From Tubiluchus corallicola (lineage: Eukaryota > Animalia > Priapulida): a DNA stretch of 64,000 bases. The stretch is taken from NCBI GenBank assembly GCA_030141605.1, contig JAQGDQ010000271.1, forward strand, positions 124,001-188,000, in the 5' to 3' direction. The notes beneath the pieces were generated by a model that was not told the DNA's origin, searched no databases, and saw only the letters and a program-made list of their open reading frames with translations. The stretch's first letter is position 1, and each line of letters begins with the position of its first letter. Below are positions 37,946 to 51,091 of the stretch, piece by piece. The position numbers and the translations under genes are program-made.

Positions 37946-39632
37946 TGTTAGTATTATGAAGCATAACACTACACATTAGAGAAGTTCACTGAGGAAACAA
38001 AACAAGTATCTGATACAAAATGCGAAATTCTGCATCAATTGAATGCGCGATATATTTTTCCAGTTCAGTTAGATTTTCATCCACTAGCATTCGAGGAGCT
38101 TCGAATTTATTTGTGCTAGAGGGTCCATATCAACTGGATTTTCATCCACTAACATTCGAGTAACTTCGAATTTATTTGTGCCAAAGTGTCCATACCTAAT
38201 AAACAATTAATCAAAAAACGAAAGTAAAAGTTCATTTGAAAAGTTCAAATTTTATTACACAAAAACACGTTTTGCTTCTTGTAATGCATAAATGAATAAG
38301 CAGAAAAGCATTTGTAATGTGTTCTAGCCTCTACTTTTGCGAATAATTTCCTTGCAATTTGAAAGTTCACTCGCATGTGTAATTTCACTTTATTGTTTCT
38401 TCAAAACATCCTACGTGTCTCATAAAACGTGCACAGCAGCAATGAGATTTTTATCTTAATTCAGCAAAAAATGTAATTTTACATGTCCTAACCATTTTAG
38501 TGCTAACATTTTTTGTTTTACCACATTTTTCCACAATTTCCAAAATCTCGTATAATGACTACGATTTTCATGATTTTATTATGAACTTCGTTAAGCTTTG
38601 ACTTATATTCATAACTTATACTGAACCAGTTGATGTCGGGACTATATCTACACAGATTATTTCGCATCGCGTGAACAGAATTTAAAGGAAAGGTCAAGCC
38701 TTCTTGGAGGTTAGGTTTATTTCAATGTTCCCGAAAAATGTTAGAAAGATTTAGCAATAAAACTACAATAAGCGTCCCGTGTAACTAGTAAAATCACATA
38801 AAGTCGCGTTCACTTCATGCCCATTCTTCTTCCAATGACGTCATTCGTCCTGAAGAAACATTTTTTGTTATATTTTTCTAAGCTTAAGTGATAACTGTGA
38901 AATAAACCCAACATACTGAGTGACTTGTTCTTTCCTTTAACACATTTCCGACTTGAATAAACGTGTGTCTGTGTCATTTCGGCAAGGCGTCTGTGTCATG
39001 CGTGAGCACAGCGGTAAATTTTAAATTTTAATTTTTATCTTGAAACTTGCCTAGTTTTAGTGCAACAAACTGAATATCTCACAATAACACTGTACTTCAA
39101 TTTTCGCTTTCGCAAACACATGCAACAAGCTCGTGGAATATTGTTACTGCTGAAAATTATGTTAGTTTGTGATGTCATCAATAGTTGGGCTCGCCCACTG
39201 CTAATTAAGTTTTTAATCTATTGTTGAATAATCAGAAACGCTTTTGCAGTATTATCTGAGGCAAAACGTACACTTTTTATCAGACTTGAAAATGGGGTAG
39301 TATATGAAAAATCGCCCTGTCTTCATTTAACCAGAAATCTTGTACTTAATATAGAGTCAACTTTAAAAAAATCAGTCAGCGATGTTTACAAGCGTAAAAT
39401 CACATTTAATACGGGAGCAGGTATATAATGAGGTGACTACATTCCGTCTACTGATTCAATTATGCTTCCAACTTGAAAATTATATGATTTAGTTCAAAGA
39501 TTGAGTAAAAAACTTGACGATGTAATTGAAAAATCAATATCAAACTTGCTGAACTTATACTGTGGAATATCTTTTTTGGCTTTTAGATATTTACCATAAT
39601 AAATGTCGCAATCTATCTTACAGTGCTGCAGT

Positions 39633-39765
39633 CAGAGCCTATTTCAGCATAAGCGAGGCCCGGGGAAATGGGGCGTGTGAGGCCCCCGGCGTCCAGAAAA
39701 TTTTTGAACTGCTAGAATGCCGGAGAAGCATTTTCGAAGAGAAAATATGGAGTTATACTCTTGTT
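39633..39765. mobile_element. One end of the hAT MITE family seen at 53760-54187
   Basis: cagagcctatttcag...gaagagaaaatatggagttata is the reverse complement of about 54027-54187. Confidence 0.8.
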
Positions 39766-40697
39766 AAATGAAAGAACAATTGAATGTTCGCATAAAACAA
39801 AAAATGTTACCTCGGCGCTGGCTGCAGTTTCCAATGCCTGCAGTACAACGGGTAATTGTTTGTGAATACTGACTAGCTGTGTAATACAGCCATTCAGGTT
39901 AATCGTTCAGGTAAGTTATTTTTATATCGAACACGAGGTTCATAAAACATATTTGCAACAAAAATTAAAACTTACAAAAGTTATAAGCTAAAATTAATAA
40001 ATAAACGTTTACATATTAAAATAGTTAGTCAAGATGCAACGAATTACCTGCACAATGTTAATCGCGAACAATTACGTAATTTTGAATTAACCTGAATACC
40101 TGAGTTTTCTTAAACAGCAAATATTTTTATTCTTATCAAAATTTACCAACTCGTCATAAGTGAAAAAGAAACATTTTCGTAATATGACGTCAAAATAAGG
40201 AAATTTCGATCTATATACATTTGCGTAACTTACAGTCTTCTAATACAGTGATTGTACGTAATCTTCAATTGCTCAGCCAGGACTACGTTTCAATCACTCT
40301 GTCTATCAAATAAGCAGATAAGTTGATAGTCAGTCAGCTAAGCTATTAATTAAGTGAGGCAAACAGTTACGCAACCAGTAATTAATGATCCAATTGTAAA
40401 AAAAAACCTGTATACATGTATAAAAAATTAAATGTATAAAAAAATTTTCTGTGAAAAATTTTGCGTCTCAGTACTAATATACCACACCAATAACAAATTT
40501 TAAATAACCGAACTTTTATAGTTTTAAAAAATTGTACCTTGTCCCAATTTCCTGTTATCAGATAGAATTTACTGAGCATGCCATAAAGTAAACAATTTTT
40601 GTATAACTGAGTGCAATTAGACTAATCCTAAAAACACAAATAACTTGAAGCTGTTTATTTTTTGTAACGTCATCTTCATGAGAAGCGCGTTGAGGTT

Positions 40698-40865
40698 GAA
40701 ACTGTTAAGCATCATCATAATCATAAAAATGCAAATAACTTGAAACTGTTCAGCATCATTCTAATCATAAAAACGCAAATAACTTAAAACTGTTCAGCAT
40801 CATGCTAATCATAAAAACGCAAATAATTTGAAACTGTTTAGCATCATTCTTATCATAAAAACACA
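40698..40865. repeat. 44-bp tandem repeat (same family at 42750-42990)
   Basis: cataaaaacgcaaataacttgaaactgttcagcatcattctaa repeated. Confidence 0.85.
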
Positions 40866-42607
40866 ATTCAATTCAAAGGTTTATTTATCTCTAATATAAT
40901 ATTTATAACGCAAATACAACAAATTATGTAAAGTATGTAGAGATGGGGTGGCAAAAGACCAGGAGGTCATTGTGTTCAGCCACGCCTATAAAACTTAGAA
41001 ATATTATAAACCACGACAGACCACATGGTTAAGTGAATAAATACGTAGTTAGATCTTAAGTGTAGCAAATAAATAAAATGCAAAGCAGTTATATTATAAT
41101 TTTGCCAATGGAAAAATGCAAGCAAATATTGAAATTAAAGATTAAAACAACAACTGAACAAGTCATAAATGCAACACCAAAAATGCAGGCAATCTGGTTA
41201 AATCATAAATGCAGCGAGTGAACTAAAATGCAGCAAATGAACGAAAATGTAGTTAAATAATGAATGCACAACAAGAAACAAATTGAAGAAAATTTTTGCA
41301 GTAAGTCTTAAATGTAATAGCAGAACAAAAGCAATCAGTAATCATAATGTGACAAATATACAGTCACGCAAATAATTTGAAACCGCTCGGTTTCGATAAT
41401 TATATGATTATTTAATTATTACCTAACTAGTCCTATAAATACTTAATTGACTAAATCTTTATCTGGCAGTGAGGCGCATTGAAACATTGAGCGGCGCGTG
41501 GTAAGTGCTATGAAGTTCTTAAAGTAAGTCTTTATTGCGTTACCGGATGATTCGCCATGAGTTTCCGCAAATAGTGGTTCCGTTGGTTGAACTTGGGAAT
41601 CTGAGTGACAGCGATACTGATAGCTTGCTTGAGAAAATGGTGACGAGTTCAGAGTTTGACAGTTAATTTGTCCAGTACTTTCGTTTTAACAGTAATCTTT
41701 TGGTAGAAAATAATATAATATGTAACAATGCATGATGACAGAGTGTGTATTTTCAAAATGACCTATTTTCACACTAATCGGCTGGCTTTATTGCGAAATA
41801 TCTTGGACGTTTTTATGATCTGCAGTGTAGCAACCCCCCCCCTAGTGAATAGATACGATGGAATTACGCATAATTCTAGCATTAGTAAGCCTAGACGAAT
41901 CCTAAAAAAGTACATACTGTTGACTTCTTCTTGCATTGCTTAAGTAGACTGGTAGTATGACAATGGACAATATGACTTACAGTCCGGAATACATTATGTG
42001 CTACTGTTCCATAGTGTAGTGGTCTGCTGCTAAATTACAAGTGTCATGTGATCTTTTTTTCACAATTTAATTTGATTCTAAAATTCAATTGAACCCGTTG
42101 TAGAAAGGGAACGATCTGTTTTTCTCCATCCCGGTTTATGATACCTAATGACACTGGCCGGACATATTTTCCAGACTGGTGCATTAAAAACAGTACAAAA
42201 TGATTTTTGTCCATAAAAATGCTTCTGTTTCCTCCTAGCTGCACAGTCTTCCATCTTTCTATCACACACTAGGCTGGGAATTTATCATTTTTTGCACATT
42301 CATACACTTACCTTGCTCATTTATATAAAGGTATATTTTAAATTTAAAATTAAAATGCAGTAATTATTATAATATCTGCTCCTTCTCAGCTGCAATAAAA
42401 TGTAAAAATAATTATGACGAATTTTAACTGCTATTGAGAAAATAAAATTGAATTGAGTTGAATTGTTTCGAAGAGGGCACAGCCGTGCTTTTCTAACTTT
42501 CGTCATTTCTCACGAGATTGGCAATCACATACCCAGCAGTGTTGCCGTTTATAACATAATTATCAGAGCATACGGCTTCATACTGTGCAATAAAGAAACT
42601 ATATGAT

Positions 42608-43145
42608 AATCAATAATTATACAATATTTTTGCAATTTGGAACAAAAAACTAAAAGAACCAAAGTGTGAAAAATGTGAACCAAAAAATTTAGAACATTAC
42701 TGCTATTGAGTAGGAACTAAACGAACTTTGATTTGATTTGAATTTAAATGACTTGAAACTGTTCACAGCATCATTTTAGACATAAAAACGCAAATAACTT
42801 GAAATTGTTCAGCTTCATTCTAAACATAAAAACGCAAATAACTTGAAACTGTTCAGCATCATTCTAAACATAAAAACGCAAATAACTTGAAACTGTTCAG
42901 CATCATTCTAAACATAAAAACGCAATTGACTTGAAACTGTTCAGCATCATCCTAATCATAAAAATGCAAATAATTTGAAACTGCTCAGTTTCGATAATTA
43001 TACGATAATTGATAATTATACAATATTTTTGCACTGCGAAACAAAAAACTAAAAGAACCAAAGTGTGAAAAATGTGAACCAAAAAATTTAGAACATTATT
43101 GCTATTGAGTAGGAACTAAACGAACTTTGATTTGATTGGAACTTA
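42608..43145. repeat. ~135-bp direct repeats flanking a 44-bp tandem array
   Basis: ataattatacaatattttttgca...gaactttgatttgatt at about 42612 and 43012; about 5 units of the 44-bp repeat lie between. Confidence 0.85.
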
Positions 43146-43917
43146 AATATTCCACAATTCAGCCTTAAACATTCGCAAAGCCTCAGAAATTTGTACCCCT
43201 CTCTCCCTACCCGGGGTAAAGCGGAAACAAAAATTTTCTTGTGGCTGGCCTATTGCATACGTCTGGAAATGCATTTTAATAATAAGTCTTAATACTAAGA
43301 CTCGTTTTGGGTTTACTCCTGCATTGCACCAGCATTTCCGTTATTTTAGGTCAGAGTTTAAATGCATGCATAATGTATGTAGTACTTCATGCTTTATCTG
43401 TATGCTTTATGCCTGTGAACACACAATATAATACATTTCTAAGCTACCGAGTACTGATATTCTAGAAAAGGAGATGTTTTATAGTCTGCTAAAAAATTGA
43501 CCCATTTACGTTGATCAGTACCTACCTATATCTAAAATACATCTCTCCTGTTTGAACGAAAAATTGCGTTCACTGCTTCATCAAGTATTTTCCTGATTCA
43601 CAGGCCTTTGTCTTGATACTTTTGTTGTTCACTTTCATAGGATAACGTTCCGCGTAAATAAGTGATTAGTGAAAACCCCTGTCCCCCAAGACATTCTCGC
43701 ATTGCAAAAGAAAATGCTTTGTACATATATATGCTGTTAGCTTTTGTCAGTTCAGAAATCTTGCGTCTGTAAATATTGTATTACTAGTAGTTGAATTTCA
43801 CCATTCAGCCTCATGGTTTCACGATTCGACATTCGTAACAGAAGTTTTTTTTATTTCAGGATTTCTAGAAACACCTAAATTATAGTCCTCCTGAACCAGA
43901 GGTGTAAAAACAGCACG

Positions 43918-44037
43918 ATGACAAACCGTCCTCCTCCAATGAATGTGCCTTCTCTAATATTGAGAAATGATGAGAATGAACAGCTGTTTAAGCTGCTAGG
44001 AAAGGGTTGTCTGTCATTGTCTACGGGAGTGGTTCAG
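43918..44037 (+). CDS. WASL: WASP/N-WASP coding exon 1
   Basis: MTNRPPPMNVPSLILRNDENEQLFKLLGKGCLSLSTGVVQ matches the WASP WH1 N-terminus. Donor cag|gtgatg, phase 0; upstream acceptor ttatttcag at 43859. Confidence 0.92.
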
Positions 44038-44242
44038 GTGATGACACTCATTTGCTAAAACTAGTCACCATACGTCTGTAAATGTATTATTCTACATTGC
44101 ATTATAGCTCTTGTAGTATCTGTAGTATTTTAGGTATTACATTATATTAAAAAACTGTAGTATTTTAATGATCACAGTACGTTCTGACAAGTAAGCCTTT
44201 TCACAGTTTCGTCTTGCGCACTCGCAGTTGCATGTACGTTAA

Positions 44243-45808
44243 AGGTTAAGTGTACCACAGCAGTGCGTCTTAGCTACAACCGTCAGGTTAAGTGTACCAC
44301 AGCAGTGCGTCTTAGCTACAACCGTCAGGTTAAGTGTACCACAGCAGTGCATCTTAATTACCACTGTCAGGTTAAGTGTACCACAGCAGCGCATCTTAGC
44401 TACAACCGTCAGGTTAAGTGTACCACAGCAGCGCATCTTAGCTACAACCGTCAGGTTAAGTGTACCACAGCAGTGCGTCTTAGCTACAACCGTCAGGTTA
44501 AGTGTACCACAGCAGCGCATCTTAGCTACAACCGTCAGGTTAAGTGTACCACAGCAGCACATCTTAGCTACAACCGTCAGGTTAAGTGTACCACAGCAGC
44601 GCATCTTAGCTACAACCGTCAGGTTAAGTGTACCACAGCAGCGCATCTTAGCTACAACCGTCAGGTTAAGTGTACCACAGCAGTGCATCTTAACTGCGAC
44701 CGTCAGGTTAAGTGTACCACAGCAGCGCGTCTTAATTACAACCGTCAGGTTAAGTGTACCACAGCAGTGAGTCTTAATTACAACCGTCAGGTTAAGTGTA
44801 CCACAGCAGTGAGTCTTAATTACAACCGTCAGGTTAAGTGTACCACAGCAGTGAGTCTTAATTACAACCGTCAGGTTAAGTATACCACAGCAGTGAGTCT
44901 TAATTACAACCGTCAGGTTAAGTGTACCACAGACCACAGCAGTGAGTCTTAATTACAACCGTCAGGTTAAGCGTACCGCAGCAGTGCGTCTTAATTACAA
45001 CCGTCAGGTTAAGCGTACCACAGCAGTGAGTCTTAATTACAACCGTCAGGTTAAGTGTACCGCAGCAGTGAGTCTTAATTACAACTGTCAGGTTAAGCGT
45101 ACCGCAGCAGTGAGTCTTAATTACAACCGTCAGGTTAAGTGTACCGCAGCAGTGAGTCTTAATTACAACCGTCAGGTTAAGTGTACCACAGCAGTGCGTC
45201 TTAATTACAACCGTCAGGTTAAGTGTACCGCAGCAGTGAGTCTTAATTACAACCGTCAGGTTAAGTGTACCGCAGCAGTGTGTCTTAATTACAACCGTCA
45301 GGTTAAGTATACCGCAGCAGTGAGTCTTAATTACAACCGTCAGGTTAAGTGTACCGCAGCAGTGTGTCTTAATTACAACCGTCAGGTTAAGTGTACCACA
45401 GCAGTGAGTCTTAATTACAACCGTCAGGTTAAGTGTACCACAGCAGTGAGTCTTAATTACAACCGTCAGGTTAAGTGTACCACAGCAGTGAGTCTTAATT
45501 ACAACCGTCAGGTTAAGTGTACCACAGCAGTGAGTCTTAATTACAACCGTCAGGTTAAGTGTACCGCAGCAGTGAGTCTTAATTACAACCGTCAGGTTAA
45601 GTGTACCGCAGCAGTGAGTCTTAATTACAACCGTCAGGTTAAGTGTACCACAGCAGTGAGTCTTAATTACAACCGTCAGGTTAAGTGTACCGCAGCAGTG
45701 AGTCTTAATTACAACCGTCAGGTTAAGTGTACCACAGCAGTGTGTCTTAATTACAACCGTCAGGTTAAGTGTACCACAGCAGTGCGTCTTAGCTACAACC
45801 GTCAGGTG
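44243..45808. repeat. 42-bp minisatellite, about 37 copies, in the WASP intron
   Basis: Unit caggttaagtgtaccacagcagtgagtcttaattacaaccgt; a 7-bp slip at about 44932. Confidence 0.97.
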
Positions 45809-46419
45809 ACATGTGGGTAAAGCAAAGCCCAGTTGAGTAACTTCCATCGTTTTACATAGACTTACTTAATTATGCATTAGTCTGTGTGTGATCTTTTTTG
45901 AGAACAAGAAAAACTGAACTAGGTAAGGTTCTATAGCTAGCATTTGTCCCTTTTCTTAATTGTTACTACAGTAGTATGGGCTACAAGGCGTTGTCAAGTG
46001 TACACAAGTGCGCTGTCTAGTGCACTTAACCTTTGACTTTCCCACGATTGTCATCGATCACTGGAACTGTGAAAAGGCTTATTGGACTCAAGCCGGTCCC
46101 ATATATATTAAAGTGGTGCCCCCTACATGCAAGGTGTCGTCTGCCTATGCGCACTAAGTAAAGTGGCACCTGTGATGAATTTATTGAAAAGACAGCGATT
46201 AAAGTTAATTTGCTTAAAAAAATTATTATTTTTTAAAATAATAAAAAAGATCTCTAATGCATTATTTGAATTTGTACATCAGTTCTTTCTGTGTAGAAGC
46301 AACATGAATTATTTAAAAAAAATTGTCTCCATAATTTAACAGTTAACTAACAATTTGTCATTTATCGAGTTAAGAAAAATTTGTAGCTTTAGTTGACTTA
46401 GCTGATTTATTCTTTAAGC

Positions 46420-47478
46420 CAACTCAGCTGAAAAGTCAGTCAACCTCAGCCAAGCTAGCTGATTTACTGTGTGAGTCAGCTGATGTAGTAGCAACTGACT
46501 CACCTTCAGCTGAGCTAGCTGATTTACTGTGTAAGTCAGCTGATGTAGTAGCAACTGACTCAGCTTCAGCCGAGCTAGCTGATTTACTGTGTGAGTCAGC
46601 TGATGTAGTAGCAACTGACTCCGCTTCAGCCGAGCTTACTGATTTACTGTGTCAGTCAGCTGATGTAGTAGCAACTGACGACTCAGCTTCAGTCGAGCTA
46701 GCTAGTTTACTGTGCGAGTCAGCTGATATAGAGGCAACTGACTCAGCTTCAGTCGAGCTAGCTAGTTTACTGTGCGAGTCAGCTGATATAGAGGCAACTG
46801 ACTCAGCTTCAGCCGAGCTAGCTGATTTACTGTGTGAGTCAGCTGATGTAGTAGCAACTGACTCAGCTTCAGTCGAGCTAGCTGATCTACTGTGTTAGTC
46901 AGCTGATGTAGTAGCAACTGACTCAGCTTCAGTCGAGCTAGCTGATTTACTGTGTGAGTCAGCTGATGTAGTAGCAACTGACTCAGCTTCAGTCGAGCTA
47001 GCTGATTTACTGTGTGAGTCAGCTGATGTAGTAGCAACTGACTCAGCTTCAGTTGAGCTAGCTAGTTTACTGTGCGAGTCAGCTGATATAGAGGCAACTG
47101 ACTCAGCTTCAGCCGAGCTAGCTGATTTACTGTGTGAGTCAGCTGATGTAGTAGCAACTGACTCAGCTTCAGTCGAGCTAGCTGATCTACTGTGTGAGTC
47201 AGCTGATGTAGTAGCAACTGACTCAGCTTCAGTCGAGCTAGCTGATTTACTGTGTGAGTCAGCTGATGTAGAGCAACTGACTCAGCTTCAGCCGAGCTAG
47301 CTGATTTACTGTGTGAGTCAGCTGATGTAGTAGCAACTGACTCCGCTTCAGCCGAGCTTACTGATTTACTGTGTCAGTCAGCTGATGTAGTAGCAACTGA
47401 CGACTCAGCTTCAGTCGAGCTAGCTGGTTTACTGTGCGAGTCAGCTGATGTAGTAAAACTGACTCAGCTTCAGCCTCT
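46420..47478. repeat. 60-bp minisatellite, about 17 copies, in the WASP intron
   Basis: Unit agtcagctgatgtagtagcaactgactcagcttcagtcgagctagctgatttactgtgtg. Confidence 0.96.
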
Positions 47479-47931
47479 AGCTTATAATGGGGTTGTCATA
47501 TGCCCCACCCCTCTACCATTTTATACATTTTATTCCTCCTCCTCCTCTCAAGGACAGGCATCACTTATGTTAATTAATGGGGAATCATCAGTGAATTCTG
47601 CTGACATTGGTGCCCATTCTAGCATCATTTGCTGCTTGCACGCGTGTAAGAAAAAATACATGAAGTCAGATAATGATGTCATGACCAAATCAATCTTCCT
47701 TGCGTTATGATGGCGTTATCACATGTTCAGTCACCTATCTATCCTAAGCATGATGTCGTTACATGTGGATGGTCCCTAATGCCAAAGTGTTTCACATTTT
47801 CAAGCGTTACATTGCTCGTACGAACGTTCAACTGATTGGTTTTATATAAGCGTTTAATAATTTTGAACTCAATTTTATTACCGTTCAGTTGGTTGTTCTC
47901 TTGTAGAATTATATTCCGACAAACTTACGGA

Positions 47932-48480
47932 CAGTGGCGGCTCGTAGCTAAAATTACTGGGGGTCCTGCTTCAAAAAATTTCTAGCCATTGTTTTAATAC
48001 TGTGTAAAACGAAACAAACACAAGTAATTTTAATGTTGTAATTGTAGTTTTAAGCAAACAAAACTTATACACAAACATGACAAATCCTAAACAAAAAATT
48101 TTTGCTTACAAATAGCCTAAAATGTCACAGTTCAAGAATATGCCGGTACGCGCCTTTTAAGCACGTGACAACTGACAGCAAACTGTTTGAGCGACTGTAC
48201 TTTCTCTACCTAGCAGCAGACGCTAGCAGTGCAGAGTAAAGCGTGTTATCTCAGACATGTGTACATGGCTGCATGTGCACGACAGTCAAACACACCACTG
48301 TTCTCGGCTGTGAAGCAGACAGCGCTACCCTCACATGTTCTCGTTCCATACAAGTATAAAGAAAGAACTAAAGAAAAGAGACTTATTATAATTGAATATT
48401 ATCGATAATATCCAGTGAAAATAGGGGATGCTGCAATTGCACAGTACCTACACATGAGCCACATTATCGAGCCACCACTG
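47932..48480. mobile_element. hAT-type MITE (549 bp)
   Basis: TIRs cagtggcggctcg / cgagccaccactg; degenerate 8-bp TSD cttacgga / cttatgca. Confidence 0.75.
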
Positions 48481-48532
48481 CTTATGCATAGGACCGAATG
48501 TTACTTAACTGATATTATCTTCTTGTTCATAG

Positions 48533-49891
48533 GTTCTATTGGCACAGCCTAACCCACAGAAATGGGCAAAGAAATGTACAGGTGTCGCTTGCTTCATCAA
48601 AGACAATAGTAAACGTTCGTATTACATCCGTGTCTACGATCTGCGATTTGGACAGCTGACATGGGAGCAAGAACTTTACACCCAGTTCAAGTACATCACC
48701 CCTTTGCCGTATTTCCACACTTTTTCAACGGATAACTGCCAGGCCGGCCTCAACTTTGCCGACGAGCAAGAAGCTGCTAGATTTGCGAAAGCCGTTCAGG
48801 GCAAATTGAGAGAACGGCAAAATAGACGGACAGAAAAACGACGTCAAAACCAGTCGGTGACCGCGACGATACCGACGGCGCCGACTACAACCGGCATCCC
48901 GCAGTTCGAGAGTAAGACTACTTCGGTAAAAGCGAAGGAAAAGAAGTCGAAGAAGAAACAAAAATTGACCAAAGCCGACATAGGACTTCCGAGTGACTTC
49001 CAACATATTGCGCACGTTGGTTGGGACCCAGACAAAGGGTTTGATATGAATAACTTGGATCCAAACTTAAAAGCACTGTTTCAAAAAATAGGAGTTTCGG
49101 AAGAGAAGCTTAAAGACGAAGACACTAGAAACTTTATATACAGTTTTATAGCGAAACAAGGTGGAATGGAAGCCGTGAAAAGAGAAGTTTCCACCGTGAA
49201 GCCAGCGCGTCCACCCGCAAGGCCCCAACCGCCGCCTCCCGTTCCATCGAGAGATCCGCCTGCTTCTAGTAGAGATGCTGCTCCACCACCTCCGCCGCCG
49301 CCTGCACGGAACAATGATCGAGGATTTCCGCCTCCGCCTTCTGTTTCCAAAGGACATGCACCCGCTGGACCGCGCGCACCGCCGCCGCCCCCGCCCTCCA
49401 GGGACACTACTCGTGCTTCGACCAAAATGCCACAACCGCCACGACCACCACAGAAAACAGCAGGTAATGCACCTCCGCCCCCTCCACCACCACCTCCGCC
49501 AGGACCACTTTCAGGAGGTCCCAGTTCTCCATCACTTCCTCAAAAGACGGGCCCTCCACTTCCCGAAGTGTCGGATTCGCGCAGTGCACTGCTAAGTCAA
49601 ATTCAGGGATTTAAAGGTGCGGGAACGCTGAAGCACGTGAGCGAAGACAAACGTTCTGTGGGTGGTGATGACCGCGGTACCTTGATGGATGAAATACGCA
49701 GAGGCGCAAAACTTCATCCGGCGTCGGACCGTCCCGACGCACCTGCTCCGCATGACGAAGAACCTTCAGACGGACTTGCCGGTGCTCTTCTGCTAGCTCT
49801 AAAACAAAGAGAGAAGGCAATACAGAACTACGAGTCGTCTTCCGCTAGCGAAGAGGATGAAGATGATGAGGAAGACGACTGGTCTGATTAA
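48533..49891 (+). CDS. WASL: WASP/N-WASP coding exon 2 (full protein about 492 aa)
   Basis: Acceptor tcttgttcatag|gtt. WH1 (GVACFIKDNSKRSYYIRVYD, WEQELY, GLNFADEQEA), basic region, CRIB (ADIGLPSDFQHIAHVGWD), polyproline, two WH2 (RSALLSQI; RGTLMDEIRRG), central helix LAGALLLAL, acidic end DEEDDWSD. Confidence 0.97.
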   Translation, partial: VLLAQPNPQKWAKKCTGVACFIKDNSKRSYYIRVYDLRFGQLTWEQELYTQFKYITPLPYFHTFSTDNCQAGLNFADEQEAARFAKAVQGKLRERQNRRTEKRRQNQSVTATIPTAPTTTGIPQFESKTTSVKAKEKKSKKKQKLTKADIGLPSDFQHIAHVGWDPDKGFDMNNLDPNLKALFQKIGVSEEKLKDEDTRNFIYSFIAKQGGMEAVKREVSTVKPARPPARPQPPPPVPSRDPPASSRDAAPPPPPPPARNNDRGFPPPPSVSKGHAPAGPRAPPPPPPSRDTTRASTKMPQPPRPPQKTAGNAPPPPPPPPPPGPLSGGPSSPSLPQKTGPPLPEVSDSRSALLSQIQGFKGAGTLKHVSEDKRSVGGDDRGTLMDEIRRGAKLHPASDRPDAPAPHDEEPSDGLAGALLLALKQREKAIQNYESSSASEEDEDDEEDDWSD

Positions 49892-50346
49892 TTCTGAGGT
49901 GCCACTCTATGTCTGCGTGCAATCAGCATCAAGAGTTTATGTGTGCCCTTCTTTTCTCTGTCAACTGGTTTTGACTAGTAGAAGTGTTTTTGTTGTCGAT
50001 AAGATTAAACCGAAACTTGGAAAGTGATAAACCAGCTACGGCATTCACTGGTTTCTTACCTCACTTGATGATCAATATTGAAATGTTAGTGTCAGAGACA
50101 GTAAGGTGTACACATTTGTAATAATAACTCATAATTGATGATAATCAGTGATTAATTTGGTGGTAAAAAGCATCTAAATGGCCACGGAGCTTCGTTGTTG
50201 TTATGCTCAGTGTTGTGCAACACGAGCCAAGCTTATAAATACAACGGAATGACGGTTCGTTTGAAATTTGTTTTTTAAAATTTGATTAGTACTAAAGTAT
50301 CTAAAAGTTTTTCTTGTATCTTTGTTACAAGACGCTAAGCGGTTAA

Positions 50347-51091
50347 CCAGGATGTTACCGAAATTTTGGTTTCATTTTGCTGATAATTGCACTTTTAGTC
50401 AAGTTTCGCTTTCGGCGAAATTTATTAACTTTCGTAGACGAAATTTCGGATAATTTTGGTAGAACTTTTCCAAGGTTTTACTAGTATTTATCTAATTTAT
50501 CTTTTCTTTTCTCCTAGATGTCAAAAACCGCTGAAAAGTCTTAGCTAAATTAGTTCAATTAAATTTCGTTTACATGACTGTTTGTAACGTGCTTTTACCG
50601 GCAATGGGGCAAATCTTCGGCGCTGACGACTGGGAAGTTTTAGGGTCTCCAGGCCCAGTCAACGAAAATATCAAGTCACGTTTGAATTTACTTAAACAAA
50701 ATCACATTTAAGTTTATGCTTGATAAAAGATAGGCAATAAAATATCTACAAAATAAAATTTGTTTAGTTTTAATGAAGCACTATGATCTTTAAACATTAA
50801 TCATTAAGGATACTTAAATCCAAAAACATTAAAACACATTTTCTAAGGTAAGTCATTCCATCAAACTCCAGGTTCTATAGTATAAAACTTCCTTGTCCTT
50901 TTTGTATTAGAATTTTTCATCAGTAATTTTCCATCACAGCAAACAAACGAGAAACAAAATATTTTGCTTAATTTAGAATTTTCTTTTTTTCAATTTTAAT
51001 AATAGCTGGTTTTGCAAAAATGTTTCGGTTCGTTTTCGTTTTGGTATCGGTTTCCTATGTTTAATAAATTTCGGTTTCGGTAACATCTCTG
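50347..51091. mobile_element. hAT-like MITE downstream of the WASP stop codon
   Basis: Inverted ends gatgttaccgaaa / tttcggtaacatc; subterminal tttcggtt motifs; imperfect 8-bp flanks gcggttaa / gttgttaa. Confidence 0.65.

Noticed and set aside
44239-45847. Long Cys-rich ORFs on both strands (229-309 aa)
   Set aside because: They come from a 42-bp unit (a multiple of 3) inside the WASP intron, mostly with non-ATG starts, and are broken by a 7-bp slip.
48536-49820. Antisense and alternative-frame ORFs over WASP (likewise over the GPCRs and BEL pol)
   Set aside because: Shadows of GC-richer coding sequence with no recognisable motifs.
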